Source: a virus
Lineage: Duplodnaviria > Heunggongvirae > Uroviricota > Caudoviricetes
Direction: 5' to 3' (one strand)
Length of the DNA: 64,000 bases
IMG/VR virus record: IMGVR_UViG_3300021479_000008
Span: 55,003 to 119,002 of that record
The notes beneath the pieces are model-generated. The model had not been told where the DNA came from. It did not search any database and saw nothing but the letters and a program-made list of their open reading frames with translations. The translations under genes and the position numbers were made by a program. Below, piece by piece: positions 37,239 to 46,823 of the stretch (the stretch's first letter is position 1; every line of letters starts with the position of its first letter).

Positions 37239-37652
37239 TTACTGGAGAATCTGGAGAATACCTACCAACTTGTTGTAAATCGCCGAATCAGCTGCACTCG
37301 TGATCGGACCACCGGTTGGTGCTGTGTAAGAAGCGATAACCTGTGAACCTCCTACGAGATATGCAAGTTTCGCGGCCATTGACTGTGCGTCACGCAATAA
37401 CGAATACACCATGCCTTGCAGATCCTGCAGAGGACCAGCGGCGGCTTGTGCATTCGTTTGGGCGGTAGCACTAAATCCGGTTGTAATGACTGAGTTAAGA
37501 TCGGTAATGATGGTGGTTGAGTTCGAAGCTGCACCACCAACCTGGGGAAGATGTTCTCCAGCGTCGATCTGAGCTTGGGTAAAACCTTCCTTGAGCAGTT
37601 CTTCGTTGGACATCTTTACGTACTTTAACTTCAACAGTTCTTTGATTGACAT
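37239..37652 (-). CDS. hypothetical virion protein
   Basis: 137 aa. Confidence 0.4.
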   Translation of the reverse strand: MSIKELLKLKYVKMSNEELLKEGFTQAQIDAGEHLPQVGGAASNSTTIITDLNSVITTGFSATAQTNAQAAAGPLQDLQGMVYSLLRDAQSMAAKLAYLVGGSQVIASYTAPTGGPITSAADSAIYNKLVGILQILQ

Positions 37653-37661
37653 TTCTCCTCC

Positions 37662-38006
37662 TTAGACTCTGCCCCGAAAGGCTGGGTTGAATTGGGTACT
37701 GCTACGCTTGAATGATTCGGTTACGGGGGATAGATCTGAGACAGGTACTGTTCTCCGTTCTACCATTCCCATCGGTTTACGAATGCTTACGGTTGCGGTT
37801 TCGTCGTTCATGGCCAACACAGTACAGACTGTTACTTCACTGGTGGATGGTCCTGTACGACTTGTGTTTCTACGTATCAAAGCTTGATCTTGTACTTTGA
37901 TACTTCTCGGTACCTGAATTGTTGGACTACGACTATCGACATATTCTCGAAGATTCATGTGTTCCTCCTTACTAAAAATTAGTAGCGGTGTGTTCTCCAT
38001 TAGCAC
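37662..38006 (-). CDS. hypothetical protein
   Basis: 114 aa. Confidence 0.35.
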   Translation of the reverse strand: MLMENTPLLIFSKEEHMNLREYVDSRSPTIQVPRSIKVQDQALIRRNTSRTGPSTSEVTVCTVLAMNDETATVSIRKPMGMVERRTVPVSDLSPVTESFKRSSTQFNPAFRGRV

Positions 38007-38280
38007 GTTCTCGAATCATAGCTGATTGTCTTCCACCTGAACTAGCCGGATTACCTTTATAATATGTATGCGTAATCATACCATGTTCTTCTTTTGAACC
38101 TGACGAATGATGATACTTAAATCCCCGATCTGCCATCCCCTTATGAAGACTATTCAACTGTTCTTTCTCTGAACTATTCCATTGTGGCTTGCGACCACTA
38201 CCGGGTCCACCTGCCTGCAATGACTGGATTACTTCCTGACTGTCTTCTACGTCTTGCATGTAATCGCGAATGGTAGACAT
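37972..38280 (-). CDS. hypothetical protein with GGPGSGR motif
   Basis: LQAGGPGSGRKPQW. The same motif is present in 42507..42836. Confidence 0.35.
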   Translation of the reverse strand: MSTIRDYMQDVEDSQEVIQSLQAGGPGSGRKPQWNSSEKEQLNSLHKGMADRGFKYHHSSGSKEEHGMITHTYYKGNPASSGGRQSAMIRERANGEHTATNF

Positions 38281-38301
38281 AACGTTCCTCCTAACGTTCT
38301 C

Positions 38302-38847
38302 CTAAGTGGGCTGTACTATCTCTCCTGCACTGGTTGGTAATTCGTTCTCGTGGTATGTTGCAGTGATTCGCCATAACAACGTTCTACCACCTGCCGAATC
38401 ACGGTCTATCTTTTCTATGGAATACAATCTATCGGCATACACAATACCTACGACTGATGTTGTTTGCGGTCCGGTTTGGTTTGTCCCACCGTCCCACTGC
38501 CGGAATACGTTATATGGATCGAGTATCGTAGGATACATCTGCATCATGTTCTGAACGAATGTTTGACTGATACGAAACAGCTTTGTTCCGAATTGCATCC
38601 TGGCTGCGTCTAATCCCTTATTGTCCGATCCTACGGCTTTTACTTCTGGTGGTGGATCAATCAAAATATCGGTAAAGCCTGACTGATCTGCACCAACGTT
38701 GGCTGGAGTATATCCAACGCCTACCTCCTCAAAGTTCCCTTCTGGAGCGAAATTCTGTGCACGGAGAAACACTTCCAAGCCAGCTCGCATAAAACGCTGC
38801 TGTGAATCCATCATATCCTGCAAACCTTGGAGATACAACCCACCCAT
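38302..38847 (-). CDS. hypothetical virion protein
   Basis: 181 aa. Confidence 0.4.
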   Translation of the reverse strand: MGGLYLQGLQDMMDSQQRFMRAGLEVFLRAQNFAPEGNFEEVGVGYTPANVGADQSGFTDILIDPPPEVKAVGSDNKGLDAARMQFGTKLFRISQTFVQNMMQMYPTILDPYNVFRQWDGGTNQTGPQTTSVVGIVYADRLYSIEKIDRDSAGGRTLLWRITATYHENELPTSAGEIVQPT

Positions 38848-38854
38848 AATTACC

Positions 38855-39739
38855 TCAATAACACATCACAGTCTTAAACGGATCACACAGGCGCTCGATG
38901 TACGTATCAATCAAATCTGGAGTAAAACTGACGTTGGCTGTCCCGCCCAACGAAATCGAACGCAATGCAGTAACTCCACCACCACGGGCTAGATAGTTCT
39001 TAACCAAACCGGCACAAGCACGTTTTATCGGTGCTGGCATAAAAAGTGGATGAAAACCCGACGAGTAATTCGCGACGATCTCCTTATACTGAGCTAAATA
39101 TAACCCGGCTGGTATCCAAATTTCCCCAGTCTGTACATCGAAGTCTGACTGCGTAATGTCTATGTTCGTCCAGTTCGGTGGACCACCGAAGAAAGCGGCT
39201 ACCTGGAGAATGTTTGCACCGTAGTTTAAGTCGGGGTAAATACCTGCATTGTCACGACGACCGTAACTGTATCTTCCACTCAATCCAATGATTGGGCTTA
39301 TCGTCGATCCCGGTACTCCACTTATCGGTGTCGTATTGGGAGTAAAACCTGTGTAGAAGTAATTCGTAAACAACAGGTCTTTTCCCTCGGCTGGGAAACC
39401 TTTCGGTGTCGGGGGAATATAGTTAGCAGAGGCCATCAACTGCTGCTGCACAGATACGGGAATTGCAACGAGAGGCTTGAACGTCAATCGGACTATGTTT
39501 CGAGAAACGGCTTGCATCAAAAGACGTTCAAAATACGTACTGTATACCAACGATCCCTGTCCCGTTCCGTCTACCCGACCACAGTGTACATCTATCAGTA
39601 CCGATGCCGCGTCTATCAACGTAAGGATCGCCGGCTGACGGTTTGCGTCGGGTAGGTCGTACATTCGCAGCTCGTTCGGCAAAATAAATCTCGGTACAAA
39701 AGAACCTCTTGCCGGGAGCGGTTGTGGAGTAGAACTCAT
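38855..39739 (-). CDS. hypothetical virion protein (possible decoration/head completion)
   Basis: 294 aa, directly downstream of the capsid gene. Confidence 0.4.
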   Translation of the reverse strand: MSSTPQPLPARGSFVPRFILPNELRMYDLPDANRQPAILTLIDAASVLIDVHCGRVDGTGQGSLVYSTYFERLLMQAVSRNIVRLTFKPLVAIPVSVQQQLMASANYIPPTPKGFPAEGKDLLFTNYFYTGFTPNTTPISGVPGSTISPIIGLSGRYSYGRRDNAGIYPDLNYGANILQVAAFFGGPPNWTNIDITQSDFDVQTGEIWIPAGLYLAQYKEIVANYSSGFHPLFMPAPIKRACAGLVKNYLARGGGVTALRSISLGGTANVSFTPDLIDTYIERLCDPFKTVMCY

Positions 39740-39758
39740 TTTATCTCCAATGTGATTC

Positions 39759-39782
39759 GGAGGCGGCTTTTACACCGCCTCC
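39759..39782 (-). terminator. GC-rich 8-bp hairpin (GGAGGCGG-N8-CCGCCTCC) 14 nt after the capsid gene stop; no U-tract
   Basis: Perfect inverted repeat in the 57-nt capsid/next-gene gap. Likely a partial terminator or mRNA-stabilising hairpin. Confidence 0.4.
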
Positions 39783-39796
39783 TACGTTATCGATAA

Positions 39797-40828
39797 TTAC
39801 CGGACCGTGAAGCAGTGCGAATGTGCATAGCTCGCGCCTTTTACCACAACAGCACTGAATTTCAGGATCACGTACTGTGCGGCAAGGTTTCCCACCAATC
39901 CCAACTGCCAAATTCTAGGTACTGGTGAAGTCAACCAATGCACCTCAACGAACTCCTCCGACATGATGAAACCTTCATATTGCAGATACTGTGAATTGGT
40001 TACTGGGTTAATACCCACTGACTTGAGTGTAGGTAGAAATGGTTCTGGAACGAGTGGTAATAGTCCCGCCTGAGTAGGTATTGCCTTCACGATAACTCCG
40101 GGGGATATCTCCGTTTCGTTATAATAAAGTTGGAAGGCTTTCGCTTCCTTGTCGATTAGATCACAGAACATCGGAGACGAATACCACGCACTCGGCTTCA
40201 CTTCGAAGTCTGTACGGGATACCATCTGGGCGACCTGCGTCTTGATGTTGTCGATAATCGAACCGCTTGCAGGAATATTCAGGTTCTGGGAATATCCCGG
40301 AGGCGCTCCACCACCGACAATCAACGTTGGGGCACTCACGATCTGACCGCTTACTCCGAAGTACTGGAGTGATGTTGGGACTATCAGGTTCGTATCCGTT
40401 CCAGTCCACAACATCTGGTCGTGCAGCTTCAGGACTGAATCGACAGCATCGGTTAGATCCTTGGCTTCCAGATATGCAAACTGTCCTTGTTGCTGGTTGA
40501 CTTCAACATCGAATACTGAAAAGTTCAACTGGGCAACGAGTGCTTTCAACGTGACTACGTTTTCTTGACGGGTTGGTTGTCCGGCTACAGGTACGATCAC
40601 CCGTGGATCCGTTACCGTAGCGGTTTCAATGGCAGTCTGCTCGAAGTAACGAGAAGGCTGTCCTGTTGCTGGAGTTTGACTCACACGCTGTCCGAAAACA
40701 CCGCGCCGTTTTACCAGATCAAAGATTTCGGCTTGGTATTTATTCGTTTCAATCGCGCCTGGAGCCATGAAATCAGCAGCAGCTTGCAAACTTCCGATTG
40801 CCCTTGCTCTACCATGTCCGAGAAACAT
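39797..40828 (-). CDS. major capsid protein (HK97-fold candidate)
   Basis: 343 aa, follows the protease/scaffold gene, and followed by a strong hairpin. Typical size and position. Confidence 0.5.
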   Translation of the reverse strand: MFLGHGRARAIGSLQAAADFMAPGAIETNKYQAEIFDLVKRRGVFGQRVSQTPATGQPSRYFEQTAIETATVTDPRVIVPVAGQPTRQENVVTLKALVAQLNFSVFDVEVNQQQGQFAYLEAKDLTDAVDSVLKLHDQMLWTGTDTNLIVPTSLQYFGVSGQIVSAPTLIVGGGAPPGYSQNLNIPASGSIIDNIKTQVAQMVSRTDFEVKPSAWYSSPMFCDLIDKEAKAFQLYYNETEISPGVIVKAIPTQAGLLPLVPEPFLPTLKSVGINPVTNSQYLQYEGFIMSEEFVEVHWLTSPVPRIWQLGLVGNLAAQYVILKFSAVVVKGASYAHSHCFTVR

Positions 40829-40863
40829 ACTTTATCTCCTACTGTTTTGATTTCGGAAGCTCT

Positions 40864-42510
40864 TTAGCGTCCGCCCTGCGTTACGTAGTCGTCTTCCATC
40901 AACCCGTCTTGGATGAACTTGTTCTTGAGTTCAATCCGCTTAACGACTGGCAATACCATTCCTGACTCCGTGGCTTTGGCGAAAATGTGATCCACGGCTT
41001 CGTTGGTAAACTTCTGTCCTGCTGCTTTGATTTCTCCAAGGTTGTATCCAGCCTTTCCGGCGAGTACGACTAGATCGCGGGAAGGAGCTGAACGACGGTC
41101 TTCTTTTTCTGCGAACGTTTCCAACTGTGCTTCCATCGTTCCGATACGAGTGTGCAACTTACCGATCTTCTTCTCGGCGGCTGCTTTCATCGTAACAAGT
41201 GCTTTCTTCAGCTGTTTGTTCTGCTTTGTCGTAGCTTGCAACTGGAGTGCTGCTGCTTCTACAACACGGTTGGAAGTACGTTCATTACGGGCACTGGAAT
41301 GCAACCGGCCTTTCGCGACATTACCTGGCATGTATTCTCCTTGATGTGGAGGCTTTGTGACTTTCGTCTTACGGCCTTTGTTCTTGGAGTCCTTATTGAC
41401 TTCACCAGGCTCTTCGTCGGCTGGGTCGATCTCCAGATCCTCCATCGCATCTACTTCTGATGCGGAAGCGTCGGACGAAGATGAATCGGATTCGTCATCC
41501 TGAGCATCTGCTTCCATATCGTCATCGTCATCGTCGTCGTCATCCTCGTCCTCATCTTTACCTTTTGCAGCCATATCGTCATCATCGTCGTCTTCGTCAT
41601 CCTCGTCCTTACCTTTGGCGTGAAGGATGATTTCTTCGTCATCGTCGTTATCGGAATCGGAAGCGGCCTGGATTAGATGCAAGTTACGCAACTCATCCAT
41701 TCCCTCCAATACTCGTTCGTTGCTGGCTTTGATTTCGTTTACAAGGTTTGTCCCAAACTCTCTCAGACCACTGGTAAGGGACGTAGTAATTGCCTGGGTC
41801 ACTAGGGCCATGTTCCCTGAATCTTGTCGTGAGGCCGCGGCAACTTTATCCTTCTTCTGTTTCTTCATTACCTTTTCTCCTTCTTCGCCCTCTGCCGCGG
41901 CCTTCGCAGCAGCGGCGAGCGATTGAGCGACTAAACTAGTTTTTCTGTACGCGGCGGCATCTTTACGTAATATCGTCGCGCCTGTGAACGTGAACTTGGA
42001 CAAATCCCAAACTTCCGATTTCTCATCATCAACCCAAACGGAACTCAATTCCATTGACATTCCTAGATCTTTTCTGTTTCTAAGATCTTTGTCTATCTCC
42101 GGAAAATCTTTTTTCCATAAATAACCGGCTACACACACATTCTTTCCATCCATCCATGCCCTGGTAATGACTCCTACTTTGTGGCGTGTTGCGTGGGAAT
42201 TAAGATCATGTGTATCGTAGTTAATCGCCATCCCCGGCAACGTTGGTAGTAGTTTCTTTGCTACCTCCGATCGTACTAAAATCCTGTGTCCTTCCGAACC
42301 GTGTGGTGGTTTGTTCGATGGCTCATCGCATACTAACAATATTCCATCGAAGGGAAGCTTATTATCGTGATCTTTTACTTGTGCTGCTTTAGAAAATGAA
42401 ATGACTGATCCGGCATATAGAGCGTACACTTTCTTGGCTAGATTACAAGCGCACTCATTGCCGCATGCGCATTCTTTCAATAGCCTTTGGCCGAATCGTC
42501 TCATAATCAA
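40864..42510 (-). CDS. prohead protease/scaffold-like fusion protein with acidic tandem repeat and C-terminal coiled coil
   Basis: Located between portal and capsid genes. Central Asp/Glu repeat (KGKDEDDEDDDDDDM twice). C-terminal coiled coil. Confidence 0.4.
   Translation of the reverse strand: MIMRRFGQRLLKECACGNECACNLAKKVYALYAGSVISFSKAAQVKDHDNKLPFDGILLVCDEPSNKPPHGSEGHRILVRSEVAKKLLPTLPGMAINYDTHDLNSHATRHKVGVITRAWMDGKNVCVAGYLWKKDFPEIDKDLRNRKDLGMSMELSSVWVDDEKSEVWDLSKFTFTGATILRKDAAAYRKTSLVAQSLAAAAKAAAEGEEGEKVMKKQKKDKVAAASRQDSGNMALVTQAITTSLTSGLREFGTNLVNEIKASNERVLEGMDELRNLHLIQAASDSDNDDDEEIILHAKGKDEDDEDDDDDDMAAKGKDEDEDDDDDDDDDMEADAQDDESDSSSSDASASEVDAMEDLEIDPADEEPGEVNKDSKNKGRKTKVTKPPHQGEYMPGNVAKGRLHSSARNERTSNRVVEAAALQLQATTKQNKQLKKALVTMKAAAEKKIGKLHTRIGTMEAQLETFAEKEDRRSAPSRDLVVLAGKAGYNLGEIKAAGQKFTNEAVDHIFAKATESGMVLPVVKRIELKNKFIQDGLMEDDYVTQGGR
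41515..41625. repeat. tandem ~57-nt duplication encoding an acidic repeat
   Basis: ccatatcgtcatcgtcatcgtcgtcgtcatcctcgtcctcatctttacc... is repeated with minor changes. Confidence 0.6.
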
Positions 42511-42836
42511 TCTGGAAACAATCTACTCATCTTAACGTTAACTCTACGTCCAACACTGCTACTCAACTTCTTCATGTGATCGTCAAAATCTTTTGGCTTA
42601 ACGTTTGCGTTTGCAAGAGTATGCTTAACCTGCTCTTTATTAGCGTTATAAATAGCATTTGCTTCGTCGTTACGACCAGCCGCTCTATGTACATTTTCTT
42701 CGGGGCGCCTAAAATTAAGTTGGTTACCGATACGCTCTGCAAAACGCGTAAACTCTTGATCGGTCATTCCGGTTCCCTTGTGTCTACCACTGCCGGGACC
42801 ACCGCAATGCAACGTTATTGTAGTACGTAGGTCCAT
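42507..42836 (-). CDS. hypothetical protein with GGPGSGR motif
   Basis: LHCGGPGSGRHKG. Shares the motif with 37972..38280. Confidence 0.35.
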   Translation of the reverse strand: MDLRTTITLHCGGPGSGRHKGTGMTDQEFTRFAERIGNQLNFRRPEENVHRAAGRNDEANAIYNANKEQVKHTLANANVKPKDFDDHMKKLSSSVGRRVNVKMSRLFPD

Positions 42837-42839
42837 ACC

Positions 42840-44897
42840 TTAAATCCTCTTGTTCCCTGGGCCGGGCCGGAAGCGTCTCAACGGCTGCCCTGTTTGCAAT
42901 ACCCGATCTTTACCGGCTTTGTCATCTAGTGTTCCATCTGGTTTACGCTTGTAAATGCCACGTACTGCATTCTTCCTGTTTCGCTGATCGGCATTCGGTC
43001 CCAACGTACCACGCTTATTTATTGTTTTTTCCAGAAGACTGTCACCCGCGTCATCGTTGTAAAACTTCCGTAACTGCATTTTCTCGTCTAACGCAGTGAC
43101 TGGATCGGGAAGTACCTCGTCGGCTAGTTTATCTTCCTTTAACTTTTCAAAATATTCCTGTAATTCTGTTGATATGGTATCGAGAATTCCAGGCTGTTGG
43201 GCTTCCATTTGATCGGGAAGCGTATCTGGTGAAGGCAACAAACCTAGCTGGTAATACATTTCGATCATCTCAGGGGAAAGGTTGGCAACATCTTGGGCAC
43301 TGAACTTCATACTTCCCGTACCCAACGATCCCGGTGAAGATGCTCCACCTCCCGTTCTCATACCTCCACTTGGTGCTCCCATTCCCATGCCACCGCCTGA
43401 GCTACTGGCACTTCCTGTCATCTTGGCTTGAGCTTCTACCAACAGTAACTGCTTCTGCATCATGGTCAAACGTCCCCAAGGACCTGGCAACGGTGGTAGG
43501 TTATTCTTCTTTCTTACTTCATCACTCGTGATGGCGTCCATCGTATACAGACGCTGGTCGATAACCGTTCTGGTAATAGGATCAGGATCATCAAGGTTTT
43601 GGAACTCAAATTCCAGGTCTTTCCAGTTTAAGTCGTCATGCAACCACTGCCGGGTAAATGCTGCTTGAAACCTCGTCGCGACTGGGACTACTGCGTTCTT
43701 CCAGTCAGAGTCCGCCATGACTTGCGCTGTCGCTTTGTTTTGATGGTCGTCCAGATTTAATGCTTGTGGGGAAAGGTCGAAGGCGGCGGCTATGATGACG
43801 ATTAGGAATTTCTGCCAGTCAAGCATGAAGTCTTCTATCGTGACTGGCTTGATATCGATTGTCTTTGGTGCTTTGACTCCGGCTACCATTGCCAGCTTCG
43901 ACTGGCCTTCCAATTCGTTCATTACTTGTCTACGCAATTGCTGGATATGGGCAGTATTGATTGTCTGTTCCCACCAGAGCCATGTCTTATGTATCTGATC
44001 GGCTCCGGCTTTCGCGGACATATCTTGCACACCAAGAAACGCGTTAACGCTGTTGAATCCAACTTCCATCCTTCCCAGACCGAAAGGAGTGGCGGTACGG
44101 ATGTTGTCACGAATGACTAATAGCTCATCAGAAAGGAATGTAACTATACCACGCTCGCCTTTCAGTCCCGTCATCTGGGCATAACGTGGTCTGTCGGGAG
44201 CTGACTCGGTCCAATCCAAAAACATACGAATCGTACTTCCGTCGACTGCCCACATCTTGGTTGGACGTTTGAAATACGGAGTCGTTCTATGCTCGATGAC
44301 TCCCATCCCGACTAACAGGAAATCTTCCAGTGCCATCTCCAACAGATCACGGAAACTTTCTCCGGTATTATTCGGACGCTTCAACGTTTCTGTGGCGATA
44401 CGTATACGCTTCTCACGGTCGGGATCTTTATCGTCGACGAATTCTTTGGTGGGTTTGATCTGCCACTTAAACTGCAGTACGGAATTCTTTACCAGATTCA
44501 TCGCCCGACGAGGAATCGGTGTTTCGGAGAATCGACGAATGCTATAGGGAGTATTTTTGAGTACAGGGACGTTCAACCGATGTAAACTTTCGGGCATGTA
44601 CGGGTATGCCCACGACTGCCTATCGACGATATCGAATTGCTTGGCGTCTCGCGCGGCTTCGATTTCCGCGACTTGGCGGGATTTTACCATTGCCCATTCG
44701 TTACGGGGAGTGCTGAGTAATTCCTGGGCGTGGGTGACTTGCAGAAGCTTTATGACTTCTCTGGTGACGAGATACTTTGCCGTCTTGGCTTTGAGGTCTG
44801 CCCTCCAAGACGTGAGGAACTTCCAAAGCATCTTCAAAAGGTTCATGACAGTATTCCGACGATGCCTCATACTAGCAAACTGCAACGTCACTGTCAA
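42840..44897 (-). CDS. portal protein
   Basis: 685-aa protein at the head of the virion module, preceded by a terminator and a sigma70 promoter. A likely alternative start is the ATG near 44846. Confidence 0.55.
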   Translation of the reverse strand: MTVTLQFASMRHRRNTVMNLLKMLWKFLTSWRADLKAKTAKYLVTREVIKLLQVTHAQELLSTPRNEWAMVKSRQVAEIEAARDAKQFDIVDRQSWAYPYMPESLHRLNVPVLKNTPYSIRRFSETPIPRRAMNLVKNSVLQFKWQIKPTKEFVDDKDPDREKRIRIATETLKRPNNTGESFRDLLEMALEDFLLVGMGVIEHRTTPYFKRPTKMWAVDGSTIRMFLDWTESAPDRPRYAQMTGLKGERGIVTFLSDELLVIRDNIRTATPFGLGRMEVGFNSVNAFLGVQDMSAKAGADQIHKTWLWWEQTINTAHIQQLRRQVMNELEGQSKLAMVAGVKAPKTIDIKPVTIEDFMLDWQKFLIVIIAAAFDLSPQALNLDDHQNKATAQVMADSDWKNAVVPVATRFQAAFTRQWLHDDLNWKDLEFEFQNLDDPDPITRTVIDQRLYTMDAITSDEVRKKNNLPPLPGPWGRLTMMQKQLLLVEAQAKMTGSASSSGGGMGMGAPSGGMRTGGGASSPGSLGTGSMKFSAQDVANLSPEMIEMYYQLGLLPSPDTLPDQMEAQQPGILDTISTELQEYFEKLKEDKLADEVLPDPVTALDEKMQLRKFYNDDAGDSLLEKTINKRGTLGPNADQRNRKNAVRGIYKRKPDGTLDDKAGKDRVLQTGQPLRRFRPGPGNKRI
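44868..44896 (-). promoter_or_regulatory. sigma70-type promoter TTGACA-17-TAGTAT (minus strand)
   Basis: Perfect -35 element, 17-nt spacer and a near-consensus -10, just upstream of the ATG near 44846. Two CCGACTTACCTA direct repeats lie upstream, at about 44917..44928 and 44949..44960. Confidence 0.55.
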
Positions 44898-45025
44898 GAA
44901 CTAATTAAAAAGCCACACCGACTTACCTATATTAAGCTTCTCTTCTTATCCGACTTACCTAAATATATAGCAAGTACGCGTAATAAGTACAACTAACGTA
45001 TTCTACGTTCTTTACGTAACTAGAC

Positions 45026-45063
45026 ACAAAAATAGCCGGGATACCGATGCTCCGGCTCCCGGC
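45026..45063 (-). terminator. rho-independent terminator (AGCCGGGA...TCCCGGCT hairpin followed by a U-tract)
   Basis: 8-bp perfect GC stem followed in minus sense by AUUUUUG. Lies 15 nt downstream of the SPFH gene stop. Confidence 0.65.
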
Positions 45064-45077
45064 TATATAACTACAGC

Positions 45078-46064
45078 TTACTTATTTTCAGCTGGCAATT
45101 GCAACAACAATCCAGACCCGCCTGCCTGTACACTTGGTACTTGTCCGTTCCACTTCCAAATCATATCGTGTTGATTGTTCAATCTGTACCACGAAATCAA
45201 CCTGTCATCGATAGAAGATGACTTGATACGATTGGCTTCGGCTTCTCCTTTCGCACGAGCAACCATGGAATTACCTTGTCCTTCAGCTTCGGCTACAGCC
45301 TTCTTAGCGTCGGCTTCGGCTTGGGCGACTTCATTCTGTTTCTGTAACGCCAGCTGTGTGGCTTGTACCTTCATGTTGATTGACTGGATCACTGCTTCGG
45401 GCGGTCTTGGTGATCCGATGATTCCGAACTGCTCGATTTTTACTCCGTACTGGTCTAGCTTTTCATCTAAACATTTCTCACTGTCTTTCAACCACGGTCC
45501 ATTATCTCCCATGATCTGTTCGATGTTGTACGAACCGGCTGTATCGTTAATACACGTCCTGGCAACGGAGTGAAGAAATCCATTGTTGAATGCCGACAGA
45601 TCGTCGCTGCGGAACTTGATGTAGAAGGCAGGGACCTTATCCGCCGTTAGCGTGTACGAAAGATTAAAGTCTCCACGTACTGTCATGGAATCTTTCGTAT
45701 TGAAAGTAATCTCTTCGTTCACTGGATTACCTTCCTTCGTATCCGCTGTCCACGTTACCGATTGCATGTACGTAGGATATTCGATAATCGACGTGGAATA
45801 AGGATTATACCAAACACGTCCCGTCTTCAACGTTACATCCTGTACTCCACGTTGTGTTCCACTTTGATCTACTTCTATCCCAACCATTCCCGGACCAATT
45901 CTGGTGGTACATACTATAAACAGAATCAATACCACAACAGCACATATCCCAAGCCCAATGATCTGCAAAGTCCTACTCATGTTTATCTCCTTTTTCGGTT
46001 GACTCATTTGATTCGGATAAGTCGATTGTCTCGGTACCTTCACTTTTAACCCTCCTTTGTACAA
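45078..46064 (-). CDS. SPFH/band-7 (stomatin/prohibitin/HflK-like) domain protein with N-terminal transmembrane segment
   Basis: TM helix (LQIIGLGICAVVVLILFIV), then IGPGMVGIEV...TKDSMTVRGDFNLSYTL and an Ala/Glu-rich coiled-coil tail. Confidence 0.65.
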   Translation of the reverse strand: MYKGGLKVKVPRQSTYPNQMSQPKKEINMSRTLQIIGLGICAVVVLILFIVCTTRIGPGMVGIEVDQSGTQRGVQDVTLKTGRVWYNPYSTSIIEYPTYMQSVTWTADTKEGNPVNEEITFNTKDSMTVRGDFNLSYTLTADKVPAFYIKFRSDDLSAFNNGFLHSVARTCINDTAGSYNIEQIMGDNGPWLKDSEKCLDEKLDQYGVKIEQFGIIGSPRPPEAVIQSINMKVQATQLALQKQNEVAQAEADAKKAVAEAEGQGNSMVARAKGEAEANRIKSSSIDDRLISWYRLNNQHDMIWKWNGQVPSVQAGGSGLLLQLPAENK

Positions 46065-46227
46065 ATTTCAATACCAAACCACCTCCAACCAAAAACCAAA
46101 AACAGACTCCAAGAATACCTCCGATGTAAGTTAAGTCTGACGGACGATTCATTCCATCAAAACATAACTTGAGAATGTAGCCGCTTGCTACAACGAATAC
46201 TACTACAACTAATATTTTTATTTTCAC
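45973..46227 (-). CDS. small membrane protein (two hydrophobic segments)
   Basis: 84 aa with ILVVVVFVVASGYIL and GGILGVCFWFLVGGGLVL. Confidence 0.4.
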   Translation of the reverse strand: MKIKILVVVVFVVASGYILKLCFDGMNRPSDLTYIGGILGVCFWFLVGGGLVLKFVQRRVKSEGTETIDLSESNESTEKGDKHE

Positions 46228-46625
46228 TTGATCACCTTCACTTTCACTTTGGCTTTCTTTGCACGGTTGACCATATCCTTCGTACCTTTTGATTGTTTGA
46301 TATTGGAATGGAACGCGAGTACCTTTACTTTAATATCTTCATCCATACCCAACGTTCCCAAGTTTGTTAACATACACAAAAGCTCCAACTGTTTCTGGTT
46401 ACGGATTGGACCGGCTGCCTTCTTGTAGAAATCCCAATTAGCCGGACATTCGATTACTTGAATGCCTAACTTCTGAGCAACAACTCTGGATAAATAGTCC
46501 GCTCCTAACGCTCCTCCTTCGATCACGTACGCAATGGGGTGTTTCTTGTGTTCCTTTTTCAACACACGAAAGATTTTATCCTCATCATCCCATTCTCGGT
46601 CTCCACAACACAAAACAATTTTCAT
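46224..46625 (-). CDS. DUF2493/SLOG-superfamily protein
   Basis: MKIVLCCGDREW...IEGGALGADYL...AGPIRNQ pattern typical of the phage-associated DUF2493 family. Confidence 0.5.
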   Translation of the reverse strand: MKIVLCCGDREWDDEDKIFRVLKKEHKKHPIAYVIEGGALGADYLSRVVAQKLGIQVIECPANWDFYKKAAGPIRNQKQLELLCMLTNLGTLGMDEDIKVKVLAFHSNIKQSKGTKDMVNRAKKAKVKVKVIK

Positions 46626-46823
46626 TTAGTCTCCTGGTAATAGATTCAAATTGGCAAGTACGATAATTCCGTTTTCGGATATACCATACACTCCGTTAAC
46701 TTTGTAGGCATATCCGTTCTCAACCAAAATATCTGCCAATTCAGGGTAGGTCGGTTTCTTTGTAACTACACACAACGATTGCAACTGTTCAACACTGGCG
46801 AATGGTGGATATTTACCTTTCAC
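46626..46823 (-). CDS. hypothetical small protein
   Basis: 65 aa, operon-style overlap. Confidence 0.3.
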   Translation of the reverse strand: MKGKYPPFASVEQLQSLCVVTKKPTYPELADILVENGYAYKVNGVYGISENGIIVLANLNLLPGD

